Positions 1-12,400 of a stretch of 64,000 nt of DNA are shown piece by piece. Position numbers and translations under genes: made by a program. Position 1 is the stretch's first letter. Each line of letters starts with the position of its first letter. The stretch is from the NCBI GenBank assembly GCA_965240325.2, contig OZ251226.1, forward strand, positions 2,728,001 to 2,792,000. Direction: 5' to 3'. Source of the stretch: Rebecca billardiae RCC1528. Its lineage: Eukaryota > Protista > Haptophyta. Under the pieces are notes generated by a model. The model was not told the DNA's origin and searched no databases. It worked only from the letters and a program-made list of their open reading frames with translations.

Positions 1-1486
1 GCGAGGGCCAGATTCAGACGGTTTTTGGGCCCGCCCCAAGGACTGGCGAGCGCGCTGCGGGACGCGCCTCGCACTGGGGGCGGTGCACACTGCACTCACG
101 GCGCGCCGCGATGTGTTCGGGCGGTGGATGGGGCTGAATCGGGCGAGAGTGACGGTGCGATCGGCCGCGATGCGTCTGCCATCACCCAGTGAGCTCGTGC
201 GGTGCCAGCTCGCCCTTCGCTTCGTCGCCACTCGCAATCGCACCAGTCGCGCGCGTCCATGGCTTGCCTTGGGCGCGCTGTGTTCTCGCGCAGTGTGTGC
301 TTGGCATCAGGGTGCTCGTGGCCGGTGGTTGCCGTCGCAGAGGATCGGAATGTGCGCAGCTACGCTACATCCCAGACACCATGTGCCCGTCCTCGTCGAG
401 CGTTGGAGAGACACGCGTGTCGCGCATGCTCTCGCGGAAGCAGGCTGCACAGCGGCGCGCGGGCGTGGCTGCGCGCGCATGGTGCACCACACAGCTGCCC
501 CCGCCATGAGCACCAGCTGTGTACGCACCTCTTCCGTGTTGTCTGATCCGCCAGGCCGCCACGGTGCGGAGACTGCGCGCGTGAGACACCGACAGTCAGC
601 GGCCACAGCTGACACGGTTGCGTGCGGCAGCAATCTGGCTCACAGCTTTCTCTCGGAAGCGATGGCCACGTCGACCGGCTGGCAACGTCGATCACTCGAT
701 GCGCTCAGCGATGGCGCGACATCGCTGCCACCTACCGCTGGGGACTCCTCGCGCAATAAAGCCCTCGTTCCTCGTCGGAAGGGCGGGCGCGATCGCTCCG
801 CGCATCGCTCACGCTGCTCGCATTGCTCACGGCCACGCTTGCGCTCACGCTCGCGACATCGGCCGCGCCACCGCCCGTGGTCGTACTCTCGGTCACCACC
901 GCCGTGGTGGTTTCGGGTGCTTACGTTTGACCTGGTCTACCGTGCGCCGGCAGCCGCCAGGCGAGTGCATTGGCCTCCGGCCGGCAGGGCGGCCGTTCTC
1001 GCTCTGCGAGTGCGCGCGCTGGCGCGAACTGCTTCGGCACGCATGCCCGGCGTCCTGATTCAGACGGCAAGTGCATCTACATCCGCCCGACACGCCGCCC
1101 ACTGAGCGCCAGGCGCCGGACCGATGGTGCTATTGCTGCAGCTGGGCGGATCAGGTGCCGAGCTTCTGACGCTGTGCACGTTGCGAAACCCACCGCCATT
1201 GCCGCACCCGTCCGCATGCGCATCGGACGGCGCTGCTTGAGGCGCTGCCGTCAGGCGCGCGGCGGGCGGCCTCCGCCCTCGGCACCGCCGCCGAAGTGCG
1301 AGACGCGGAAGCGGCTGTCTCGCCCACGTACAGCGCTGCTCTGCGCGCCGCGCGGGACACGCCCACCACGCCCGGTTCGTGCAAACTCCCGAGGCTCCGA
1401 GCGCCGACGCTGTATGTGACGAGTGGAGCCCTGCTGCACGGCTTCATCCGGTTGCCACATTAAGCCTTGACCACCTGCCACATTAA

Positions 1487-2995
1487 GGTGGCACCTCCGG
1501 AACAGACGGCGGGAGGCAAGATGGCGAAGAAACAGCCCCGGCGTCGCGCTCGCTCGAGGCTCGGAGGCCCGTGCGAGCCGGCGGGGGCTCGAGCGGCACG
1601 GGACGCACGTCGGGCGGGCAGAACATGCACGCGGGCTTTCCGAACCGCTCGCCGACGGCCTCGCTCCGCCGCTTCTCGCGCTCGCGAGCTGTGTCCGTGC
1701 GCACGCGGTGGGCGGGCGTCGCGCAGCTCGACGCGAGGCGTCCACGGCGGAGGTTGGGGCCAGCTGGGCGCTCGAACGGCCTCGACGTGCGGGGCCGGTC
1801 ATGTACGTGCGCGCGCGCGCGCCGGAGCCGTCTGGCAGCCTTGTGGCTGTGCTGCGAGAACGACGTCACACCCGGGCGGCACGACGAGGTCTGCTCGGGC
1901 CGTCTGTGCATGCATGTGCGCGAGGCGTGGGCGGGCTCACGATGGCGGGGCGCGTTGGTCGAAGGTGCGCCATGGTCGTCGGCGCCGGCTAGGTGCCGTC
2001 GGGCGCGCGCGGCGGTCCATTCGGGGCCACGCGGGCCGCCGGGAGCTCGTGCGCAGCCGCTCGGCCAGATCGGCGGCCCCGGCAGCAGTCTGAACGAGGT
2101 GAGAACTCAGATTCTGACGGTCCGCACGCCCCGGCTCGTGGTGGGCCACCATGCGCCGCACCAGGGGGTGCGCACAAGCAGCCGTCCCGAGGAAACTGTT
2201 GGTAGGATCCGAAATTATTATAGAAAATGCTCAAATGAGGCCTTTTTCAACGATTTTTCGAATTATTTTCGAATCCTACCAACAGTTTCCTCGGGACGGC
2301 TGCTTGTGCGCACCCCCTGGTGCGGCGCATGGTGGCCCACCACGAGCCGGGGCGTGCGGACCGTCAGAATCTGAGTTCTCACCTCGTTCAGACTGCCGCC
2401 GGGGCCGCCGATCTGGCCGAGCGGCTGCGCTCGAGCTCCCGACGGCCCGCGTGGCCCCGAATGGACCACCGCGCGCGCCCGACGGCACCTAGCCGGCGCC
2501 GACGACCATGGCGCACCTTCGACCAACGCGCCCCGCCATCGTGAGCCCGCCCACGCCTCGCGCACATGCATGCACAGACGGCCCGAGCAGACCTCGCCGT
2601 GCCGCCCGGGTGTGACGTCGTTCCCGCAGCACAACCACAAGGTCGCCGGACGGCCCCGGCGCGCGCGCGCGCACGTACATGACCGGCCCCGCACGTCGAA
2701 GCCGTTCGAGCGCCCAGCTGGGCCCAATCTCCGCCGTGGACGCCTCGCGTCGAGCTGCGCGACGCCTGCCCACCGCGCGCGCACAGACACAGCTCGCGAG
2801 CGCGAGAAGCGGCGGAGCGAGGCCGTCGGCGAGCGGTTCGGAAGGCCCACGTGCATGGTCTGCCCGCCCGACGTGCGCCCCGTGCCGCTCGAGCCCCCGC
2901 CCGCTCGCACGGGCCTCCGAGCCTCGAGCGAGCGCGACGCCGGGGCTGTTTCTTCGCCATCTTGCCTCCCGCCGTCTGTTTCCGGAGGTGCCACC
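1487..2995. mobile_element. 1.5-kb palindromic (fold-back) element with TTAA target duplication and GG...CC termini (Kolobok-like signature)
   Basis: Arms ~1487-2214 and ~2267-2995 are near-identical inverted copies around an AT-rich spacer. TTAA lies at 1483-1486 and 2996-2999. Confidence 0.75.
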
Positions 2996-4753
2996 TTAAG
3001 GGCCCCGCGACCGGCTGCCACATTAAGGCGACCGGCTGCCACATTAAGGATCCGCGCCAACGCTCGCACGGCCACCGACACGCCACGCGCGGAGCGATGC
3101 GCCGATGGTCTTCGGCTCGGTCGCAAACGTCCTGAACCGCGCTGGCCTGTTCAGTCGCCCTTTGCTCGACGCAGTCGTGCACTGGCCGGTGGAGGCAGTG
3201 GCGCCGGGCGTCGGGAAGCACTTCGAGTTCCTCGGTGAGGCTGGCGAGCCCGCGCCCGACAAGAAGTAGCGCGGCGGCGCGTGCGCGCCGTGCTCGCGGT
3301 GACGTACGTGCTGCTCGCGAAGGGAAAGCAGTTCAAGCAGGGACACCTCGAGCACTCGGCAGATTATCTCGCCTTGCTCGCCGCTGACGGCCAGCGTGCG
3401 AAGCGCGCTGCTGGCATACACGGCGTTGAGCAGGTCACCGTGCGAGAGTGCTCCGTCAGACCCGTGGCCAAGGCCCTTGTCGATCAGCTGCGCTGAAGGG
3501 CGCGCGCAAGAGTGCGTGATGGAGGTCAGTTCCAGGCAGGCTCCATGTTGGCTGCAGCGCTGCGTCTGCGCAGCATGCCCCCGCACGCGCGTCTGCACGC
3601 GCACGGCTGCGCTGAGCTGCAAGTTGCGCTCGAGCTCAGCCTTGAGCGCGCTCAGCGTGCCCTTCAGCAGCTCGAGCGGTTCCTCCTTGCGCCACGCGTC
3701 CGCGTGGCGCCGCGAGTAGTTGCTTGTTCAGCGGCTGCACCTGCACCGCCGCGCGCTCGACGCTCGCCTCGACCACCTCCGCGCGCACGCGCTCGCCGAC
3801 GCGCTCCAGGGACTGCTGCGTAAGCTCGTGCGCACAGTGGAGCGCCGGAGCGACACCTCCGCGCCATCCACCGCGCTTATCGCCTGGCTGGGCGCTATGG
3901 AGAGCTACACGCGCGCCGGGGGCGCGAGCCCGACGACGCATTCGCAGTTCACCTCGCTGTACGACGAACGCCACCTCGAGCGCACGAGCGCATGCGTCTG
4001 CAGCGGGAGCACCGACGGCCGCTCCGGTGGGCTCGCCGCCGACTTCCCCAGTAGTAACCAGCATATCAAAGTCGTCTTCGGTAGCGCGCGAGGCTCGCTA
4101 CAATACGGTGATGCTACACCACATGGTTTGCGTCACACGCAGCACCACATGGGTGGCCGGCAGCGGCGTACCATCGGCTGAGCTGTTCCTGAGTCACTGT
4201 TCCTCTGCAGAGACGTGCGCGCGTCGACGAGCACTTGCGCGCTCTGCGGCCTTCGGCACCTTGACACCTTGACATCATTGCGCGTGCGCATGACAGGCGC
4301 GGATGGTTGCGCACTTGCGTGTCCGTCGGCGGCGCGCACGATCCGCGAGTACCGTCCGCCGGGGCCTTGCCATTGTCGACCTTGGACGGCGCACGTCGCA
4401 CCGCGGCGCGCTTGCGGCCTTCGGTCGGGTAGCCCTCGCTGGACATGTGCTGGCCTCTGTTGCTCCGCTGCTCATCGGACCGGGTGCCAATCAGTGGCCC
4501 ACAATTGACGACCCGTGCGCCTGCCCCGCATGCTCGCACACGGGATGACGCAGCCTGGAGCCACCCCGGTCGAGATTTCGGGATGTCAAAGCAGTGGCCG
4601 AGCATGCGCTCAAGCGCTCTCATCCTCATGGAGCGTGACCTCTACCGTTCTACCGTCTGAGCGTCTGCCGTCACAGGAGTCGGACAAGTCCCCAAAGCTG
4701 GGTGCAACCAGTCCCTCGGGAGTAGCCGCCAGGCCTCCCGCCACCCCCGCAGC

Positions 4754-5140
4754 CGCGCCGCCCAGGGTTGTGAGTCCTGGGATTACGCGGGGTGGTCAGG
4801 CTGGCGCGCACGCTCGCGGAACCTTGGAACCCGCGCTCCCGCGCTGCGTCGCGTGTCACCCCTCGATCGCCGCCCCACCGCCACCTCTTCCCTCCCATCA
4901 CCACCTCTTCCTCGACATCCTCGGCCTTCGCCGCAGCACCGACGCCCCCGCGCGCGGCCGCTGTGGCAGCGTGCGATCAGCGTGCGCTGCGCCGCCGCGC
5001 CGCCGCGCCGCCCAGAGTTGTGCAGCGCGGCCTGTGAGTCCTGCGAGCTGCCCTGTGTGGTCAGGCTGGTACGCACGCTCGCTAACGCTTCGAACACGCG
5101 CTGCATCGCGTGTCGCCCCTCGATCGCCGCCCCACCGCCG
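4754..5140 (+). repeat. Imperfect direct repeat, two copies of about 130 bp (~4754-4882, ~5005-5139)
   Basis: Both copies share gcgccgcccag.gttgtg, gtggtcaggctgg..cgcacgctcgc and cccctcgatcgccgccccaccgcc. Confidence 0.7.
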
Positions 5141-6392
5141 CGTTTTCCTCCACGCACGGCGGCCGTCGCCGCAGCACGAGAGCCCCGCGCGCGGGCAGCG
5201 CGCCTTAATGTGGTGGCGGGATCCTTAATGTGGCAGTGGTCAACCGGCTGCCACATTATAAGGCTTAATGTGGTGGCGGGATTCGGCTTAATGTGGTAAC
5301 CGGCTGAAGTCGGTCGGTCGGCACAGCTTCTGACACGCTAATAAGTCTCGGACTCTGCTGCAAGCTGCATTTAATAAAAACAAATAGCGGTGGAATAAAA
5401 AGTTAAAAGTGGCTGCAGCAACTCCCATTCCACAAGTCATCTCCCCTCATAACGCTAGTACGGCTGCGTTGAGGCTACCAACACGAGCAGCAGCAGTTGC
5501 TGTCTCAGCCGCAACATCTGCAGCAGCTGCTGGTCCTTGGAGCAGCACTCCCGCGACAGCGCGCCCCCGAAGGAGCTGCGCGCGCGGCTGCTCGGACGAC
5601 GGTGCCTATTGCCGCCGCTCAGCCGAGCATCGTGCCACAGCTGCCGGAGGTGCAAGGGCTGCGAGTGCTGTTGGCGAGTGCGGGTGTGCCAGTGGCAGCG
5701 AGTGGGGTGACTGCCACCGGCGCTGCTGCTGTTTCATCAATCGAAGCTGCAGCAACGGCTGCATCAGCTGCTGCACGCCATGGCATGTGCCAGTGACCTG
5801 TGTGCGCCGTGGCCGCTGACTGTCGGTGTCTCACGCGCGCAGTCTCCGCACCGTGGCGGCCTGGCGGATCAGACAACACGGAAGAGGTGCGTACACAGCT
5901 GGTGCTCATGGCGGGGGCAGCTGTGTGGTGCACCTTGTCATGCGCGCGCAGCCACGCCCGCGCGCCGCTGTGCAGCCTGCTTCGCGAGTGCATGCGTGAC
6001 ACGCGTGTCTCTCCAATGCTCGACGAGGACGGGCACATGGTGTCTGGGATGTAGCGTAGCTGCGCACATTCCGATCCTCTGCGACGGCAACCACCGGCCA
6101 CGAGCACCCTGCTGCCAAGCACACACTGCGCGAGAACACAGCGCACCCAAGGCAAGCCATGGACGCGCGCGACTGGTGCGATTGCGAGTGGCGACGAAGC
6201 GAAGGGCGAGCTGGCACCGCACGAGCTCACTGGGTGATGGCAGACGCATCGCGGCCGATCGCACCGTCACTCTCGCCCGATTCAGCCCCATCCACCGCCC
6301 GAACACATCGCGGCGCGCCGTGAGTGTAGTGTGCACCGCCCCCAGTGCGAGGCGCGTCCCGCAGCGCGCTCGCCAGTGGGGCGGGCCCAAAA

Positions 6393-6451
6393 ACCGTCTG
6401 AATCTGGCCCTCGCTCAGACCGGTCTGAGCGAGGGGGCCGATTCAGACGGT
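6393..6451. repeat. Near-perfect palindrome at the outer end of the long inverted repeat
   Basis: accgtctgaatctggccctcgctcagacc|ggtctgagcgagggggccgattcagacggt. Confidence 0.8.
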
Positions 6452-7067
6452 CTGACTGTAAGTTCCCCGCCGTGCCTCCCTCCCTCTGCACGGCAGAGAT
6501 GCGTGCCCGAGTGACGACGATTTCTTTTCGGCTGACGATTATTTGTAGTTTTCTCTCGCGCGGCTGACAATGGCACAATGCTGATGCAAGGGCGGTAGCT
6601 TGATGATATGTCCGCCGGCGCCAGCGGGCGCGGCCACGGCTGACGGCCGGCCACGGGCCAGGCCCGCAGCATCGACGCGGCTCACCGGCCATTGCCGCTG
6701 GCCTCGTTCCCGTGGCGTCTGCTATTCTGACAGTCCTATGACACCTACATGTATGACCGTCGAGCAGCCGGGTCGTATATATTAAAGTAAGACTGCTACT
6801 AGTACTGCTACCCAAGTTGCCCGATTACTCGACGGACCGCGTGATACTGCTAGTAGTGACGATACAGTTTACTAAGAATAAGAGACGCACACAGCTCAGG
6901 CAGGCGAGATTGACAGTATACTACTTAAATACTACGCGAAATTTAATTTTGAAATTTATAATTACGCCACCGCCGAGATTACTGGGCTATCTGTTACTAT
7001 TATAATACTAATACTAATAACTATACTACAATCGGCGGCGTCTCAGACAGACCGTACTGTTGTACAA

Positions 7068-9205
7068 TTACGCTGACGGCACCGCCCAGCTCTCCCACCT
7101 CCGGCTGCCCTGCCGCTCCGCCTCGACGCCGCTGGCCTCGGGCTCGCGCGCGACGAGCGGCGAGCGCGTCTCGCCCGCGCGCGGCCTCTGCGAGCGCCCG
7201 CGGTCATTCCAGAGCTGCAGGTACTGCTCCTCGTCCTGCGGCGCGCACGCGGAGTTCGAAAGGCACACGCGGACGCGCGGCTCGGCCACAAGCGCGCGCG
7301 GCGCGTGCGAGGGCGCGAGCGAGCGCGCGCGCGCACCTCTGCAGGCCGGAGCGTGCGCTGCGCGAGCCGCGGCGGCAGCAGGACTGGCTCGAGCACGCGT
7401 GAGCGGTAGGTTGCCTTGCGCCCGAGCCGCAGGGGCTGGCTGGTGCTCCTGTCCAGCGCTGAGGAGTGGCTGAGGGCCCAACCGGGCTGCGTGCTCACGC
7501 GCTGGGGCGACTCGCTCAGCCGAGACGCGGTGCTCACCAGCGACGCGGCCGAGAGGCCAATGCCCAGCTGGCCCGGCGCGCCGGCGGCGGGCGTGGTCGG
7601 CAGCAGCTCCATGCGCACGCCGCCGCCCGCGCCGAGGACCTGGCGCTGCGGGCTGACCGCTCGGCCGGAGGACACCGGCTGCAGCCGCGCGGGCGGCGAG
7701 CTGCCGAACCGGCTGCCGCGCGCGCTGAGCGACTCGAGCAGTGTATCCGGAATCGGCATGTAGCCCAGAGGCTGCAGCCCGCTCGCATCGGCGCTGCCGT
7801 GCCCGCCGCCGCCGCCGGCCGGAAGCGCCGCACTCCCGGCGTGCACGCCCGTGAGCTCGCGCGTGGCCTCCGTATCCTCGGCGCCGAGGCCGCCCCGCTC
7901 CCGCTCCTCCCGCGCGTAGTCCTCCAGCTGCCGCTGCTGCTCCAGCATCTGCAGGAAGAAGGCCTTGAGCTCGTCCTCGCTCAGCTGCTGCTCGATCACG
8001 TCGGGCGGGTGGCGCGCGCCAAGGTCGGCGCGCGCGAGCGGCGGCAGCTGGCCGAGCTGCGACTGCTTGCAGTCTGCGCCGCGCGCGCGCGCGCGCGCGC
8101 GACAGGGAGAGCGGGTGCGCGCGCTGCTCAGCCCACGTGCAGCGCCACGCTGCGCCGCGCCCCTGCCGGCCCCGTGCGCGCGCGTGCGCGCACCTCTGAG
8201 CACCTGCTCGCGCAGCGAGCGCGACGACGCCTCGACGTCGCCCACCCGCAGCTGCGCGTTGAGCTCGTGGAAGTCGATGTGGCCGGAGCCGTCGACGTCG
8301 AACTCGGAGAAGAGGCGGTCGATGTCCTCGCGGTTCTTGCCCACGCCTATCAGCGAGAGCGCGTGCCAGAACTCGCGCCGGCTGATCACGCCGTCGCCGT
8401 CCTCGTCCCACGCCTGGAAGAGAGTGACCACCTTTGCAAAGTTCGCCTGCAGCGCGCGCCGGATGCGCAGCTGCACGGCGACAGACTCGTCGGCGGTGCT
8501 CTTGCTCGGCGTGTCGAGCCGGATGGCGCTCTTGTGCCCGTCGAACTGCGCCGCCGAGCGCAGCGAGTACCCCTGCGAGCCGCTGTAGCTCGGCATCCCG
8601 ATCGCCGAGTCGAGGGCGAGGCCGGTCGCCTTGATCGCCCTGTCGAGCTCCGCAAAGTCGACCGAGCCGGAGCCGTCCTTGTCGAGCTGCTTGAAGAGGA
8701 GCTTCACGTCGCCGACGGTGACGTTGAAGCTGAGCAGCCGCATCCCGCGCAGGAACTCGTCCATGCTCACCGTGCCCGACCCGTCCGCGTCCCACTTGCG
8801 GAAGAGGTTCATCACGCGCGAGTGGTTGGCGGCGAGGGCAGCCTTCAGCGAGCGGAGCAGCCTGTCCTCGCCGGTGTCGCGCTCGCTGAGGCTCTGCTTG
8901 ACTTTCTCCCACTTGCGTTGCACGGCGCGCTCGTGCCTGATCAGCCGGCGGATCAGATCCGCCTCCACGTCCTTGCCGTTCATGACGAGCTTGGCCGGCA
9001 CGTGCCGCGCGTCTGCATTGTCGGCGCTAGCTTTCGGCGACACAGACGGATCCTCCAAGGAGAAGTGCTCGTCGGCAAGGGCGCGGGCGGGTGAATTCGG
9101 CGCTGCGATGGGGCCCTCGTCAGCTGCACCCTCGCGACCCGGGTCCTCGCTCCCTGGGCCCGCGCCCAGGTCGAGGATGAGCAAGTTCCCGCGAGGGAGC
9201 GGCAT
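7068..9205 (-). CDS. EF-hand calcium-binding protein (4 EF-hands), 2 predicted introns (~8074-8203, ~7236-7336)
   Basis: EF loops DADGSGTVSMDE, DKDGSGSVDFAE, DEDGDGVISRRE and DVDGSGHIDFHE. GT...GCAG introns; last exon ends WAVPSA*. Confidence 0.85.
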
Positions 9206-9402
9206 CGCCCCAGCGAGATCTCGTAACGTCGGTGACCGGCTAACTCTCGTTTCCGGAGGCCGTTATCGGATCATCCGCCAATCCGGACGCACGGCTACGC
9301 GCGCAATTCCGCTGCCAAGTGGTTCAGCAGACTGCAGACCAGCACCAAAGGTGAGCAGGCATTCCCAAGCTTCATCTCGGGCACGGCGGCGGCGGCGCCG
9401 GA

Positions 9403-12400
9403 ATGAGCATCCATCGGAGGGCGAACCGCACGCCCTCGTGCCCGGCGCGCGCGCTCGCGTTTGCCGCTCTGGCGTGCCCAACCGGTGTGCATGCGCACTC
9501 AGAGGTGGCTGTATCGAGTGGCGGCGGTGTGAGCTGCGCGCGCGCGACGTGGAGTGGCGTGGCCTTCTGTTGGGGGGACAACCTGTTCGGCCAGCTCGGG
9601 CTGGGCGACATGGTTTCGCGCGGCGACCTTCCGGACCAGATGGGCGACTACCTGCCGCCCTTCGAGCCGGCGGCGATGTCCGCGCGCCTCGAGGCCGTGC
9701 GCACCTCGGGCGTTCACACGTGTGCGCTGTACGCGAGCGGCGAGGTGTGGTGCGTGGGCTACAACTCGCAGGGGCAGCTCGGGCTGGGCGACACGCGCAA
9801 CCGCGGCACGCGCTCGCGCGAACTGGGCGCGCGCCTGCCCGCCGTCCAGCTCGGCGCGCGCCAGGCGGCGATCGCCATCGAGGCGTCGCGCCACCACACG
9901 TGTGCCCTACTAACCTCTGGGGGGCTCAAGTGGTGAGGGCAGCAACCGCGCCGCGCGCGCGGATGCGGCGCGCACGGTTCGCCCGCGCGCTGAGCGTCGG
10001 CGGCCTCGCCCCTCCACGCCCCCTTCGCGCGCGCGGCGCGTGCGCGTCCCAGCTGGGGCTCCAACACGCAGGGCCAGCTCGGGCTGGGCGACCGGAGGGC
10101 GCGCGGCGCGGGCGGCGCGGGCGAGATGGGCGACGCGCTGCCCACCGTGAGGCTGCCGCCGCACTCGGGCGCGGCGGTGCAGCTCGGGCTGGGCGACAGC
10201 TCGGCGTGCGCGCTCACCGAGCGCGGCGGCGTCGTGTGCTGGGGCGGCATCCTCGGAGCGCCCGCTGCCGGCCTCGAGCCGACCGCCGTGCCGCTCGGCT
10301 CTCACGAGCGCCCCTCCGCGCTCAGTGTGGCAGGCTCGACTCTCTGTGCGGTGCTGGGCTCGGGGCGGGTGAAGTGCGCCGGGGACAACTCGCGCGGGCA
10401 GCTCGGCCTCGGCGACCGGCACCCGCGCGAGTTCGCCGACGGCGGCGTGGGGCTGCGCCACCCGGCGCTCGGGGACAGGCTGCCCGCTGTCGAGCTGGGC
10501 GCTGGGCGCGCGGCCGCCGCGGCGCACACGGGCGGGCTGCACACGTGCGCGCACCTCACGACCGGCGAGGTGCAGTGCTGGGGGCTCGGGTACATGGGCC
10601 AGCTCGGGTACGGCGACCGGCGCGACCGCGGCGCGCTGCGCACGACGATGGGCGACAGGCTGCCCCTTGTGCCGCTCGGGGGCGCCGCGGGTCGCGCGGG
10701 CCGCGCGGCGCGCATCGCGACCTCGGAGCTGCACACAATGGCGAGCTTCGAGGACGGCTCCGTGCGCTGCTTCGGCGGCGCGATGCAGGTGCGCGGCCCG
10801 CGCGGCGCGCGGCCCCGCCCGCCGCGCGCCTCGCGCCTCTCTCCGCCCACACGCCCCCGTCCTCGCCCTGCCCCCCGCGCGCGGGCGCCCCGCAGGGCCG
10901 GCTCGGCTACGGCGACACGTTCCTGAGGGGTGACACGGCTTCGACCACGCCGGCGGCGCTCGAGCGCGTGCAGCTGCCGTTCGAGTTCGTGCCGCCCTCG
11001 GCGCCGCCGCACGCGCCGCCCGCGCCGCCGCCGCGCTCGCCGCCCTCGCGCCCGCCGAGCGCGCCGCCCTCGCGCCCGCCACCGCCGCCGCCCTCTTCGC
11101 CCCCCTCGCTGCCGCCTACGCCGCCGCCGTCCGCGCCGCCGCCACCGCCGCCCAGCGCTCCGCCCGCGGATCCTCCGGCCGCGCCGCCGGCGCCGCCGCC
11201 GGGCATGCCGCCGCATCCGCCACCGAGCACGCCGCCAAAGGCGCCGCCGCCACCGCCTCCCCACCCGCCGCCACTGCCGCCGCCGGCACTGCCGCCCGCG
11301 CTGCCGCCGTCTCCACCGCCGAGCGCGCCGCCCGCCCCGCCGCCGCTCCCGCCGCCGCTGCCGCCTCCGCTGCCGCCGCCCGCGCCGCCGCCCGCGCCAC
11401 CGCCCTCGCCGCCGCCGAGCCCACCGCCCGCGCCACCACCCTCGCCGCCCCCGCGACTCCCTCCGCGCCCGCCACCCTCGCCGCCGCCCTCGCCGCCGCC
11501 GAGCCCGCCGCCGCTCCCTCCGCCGAGCCCACCACCCTCGCCGCCGCCTCGTCCGCCGCCGCCGCCGCCGCCGAGCCCGCCGCCCTCGCCGCCGCCGCCC
11601 CCGCCGCCGAGCCCGCCGCCGAGCCCGCCGCCTTCACCGCCGCCCGCAGCGCCGCCGAGCCCGCCGCCGAGCCCCCCGCCCAGCCTGCCCCCAGCCCCGC
11701 CGCCACACTCGCCCCCCCCACACCCGCCGCCGAGTCCGCTCCCGCCGCCGCCGCCGAGCCAGCCGCCACCGCCGTCACCGTGGCCGCTGCCTCCGCCCCC
11801 CTTGCCCCCGCGCAGCCCGCCGCCGACGCAGCCGCCCAGCCCGCCGCCGGCGCCCCCGCCCAGCCCGCCGCCGCTCAGCCCGCCGCCGCCGCCCTCGCCG
11901 CCCCGCCCTCCTCTGCCGCCCTCGCCCTTCGCCCCGCCGCCCGCCTCCCCGCCCGGCTCCTTCACCCTCGCAGCGATCCACCTCGACTCAGACGCCCGCT
12001 CGCTGTCGCTGCGCGCACGGGCGAGGATGGAGGGCGGGCTCGCCGCGTTCCTGCGCTGCCCCGCGGACTGGGTGCACGTGCACTCGGTGGGCACGCAGCG
12101 CGGCGTGCCCCCGGAGCGCATCCCCGAGCTCCCACCCGGCGCGGACACCACAGGCCGCCACCTGGTCGCTTACACGTCTTTCTTCTGGGCGGACGCGCGC
12201 CGCCTGAACGGCGTGGCGCGCAAGGTCGGAGACGGCAGCCTCGCGCAGCTGAGCGACGCGACGGGGCAGGCGGTGATGTGGGTGGAGTTCGTGAACGCGC
12301 CGCCGCTGCCGCCGCCGACGCCGCCGCCGCCATCCTCGCCGCCGCCGTTGCCGCCGCCGTCGCCGCCGCCGCGCCCGCCGCCGCCGCCGCCGCCGAGCCC

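Larger units (their letters stand above)
1441..5310. mobile_element. Non-autonomous TIR element with subterminal GCCACATTAAG repeat arrays
   Basis: cttcatccggttgccacattaagcc (1442-1466) is approximately the reverse complement of ggcttaatgtggtaaccggctgaag (5285-5309). gccacattaag occurs at about 1454, 1477, 3017 and 3038, and inverted copies occur at about 5203-5300. Confidence 0.7.
1..6414. mobile_element. Large fold-back element with long inverted repeats (1-606 / 5809-6414); left arm runs off the window
   Basis: 1-606 is the near-identical reverse complement of 5809-6414 (ORF 83..1105+ mirrors 5938..6390-). No transposase recognised. Confidence 0.75.

Noticed and set aside
83-3238. Numerous Arg/Ala-rich ORFs in the inverted-repeat complex
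   Set aside because: GC-driven open frames mirrored by the palindromes; no recognisable domain or transposase motif.
4570-4595. DFGMSK kinase-like motif
   Set aside because: An isolated hexapeptide without other kinase subdomains.
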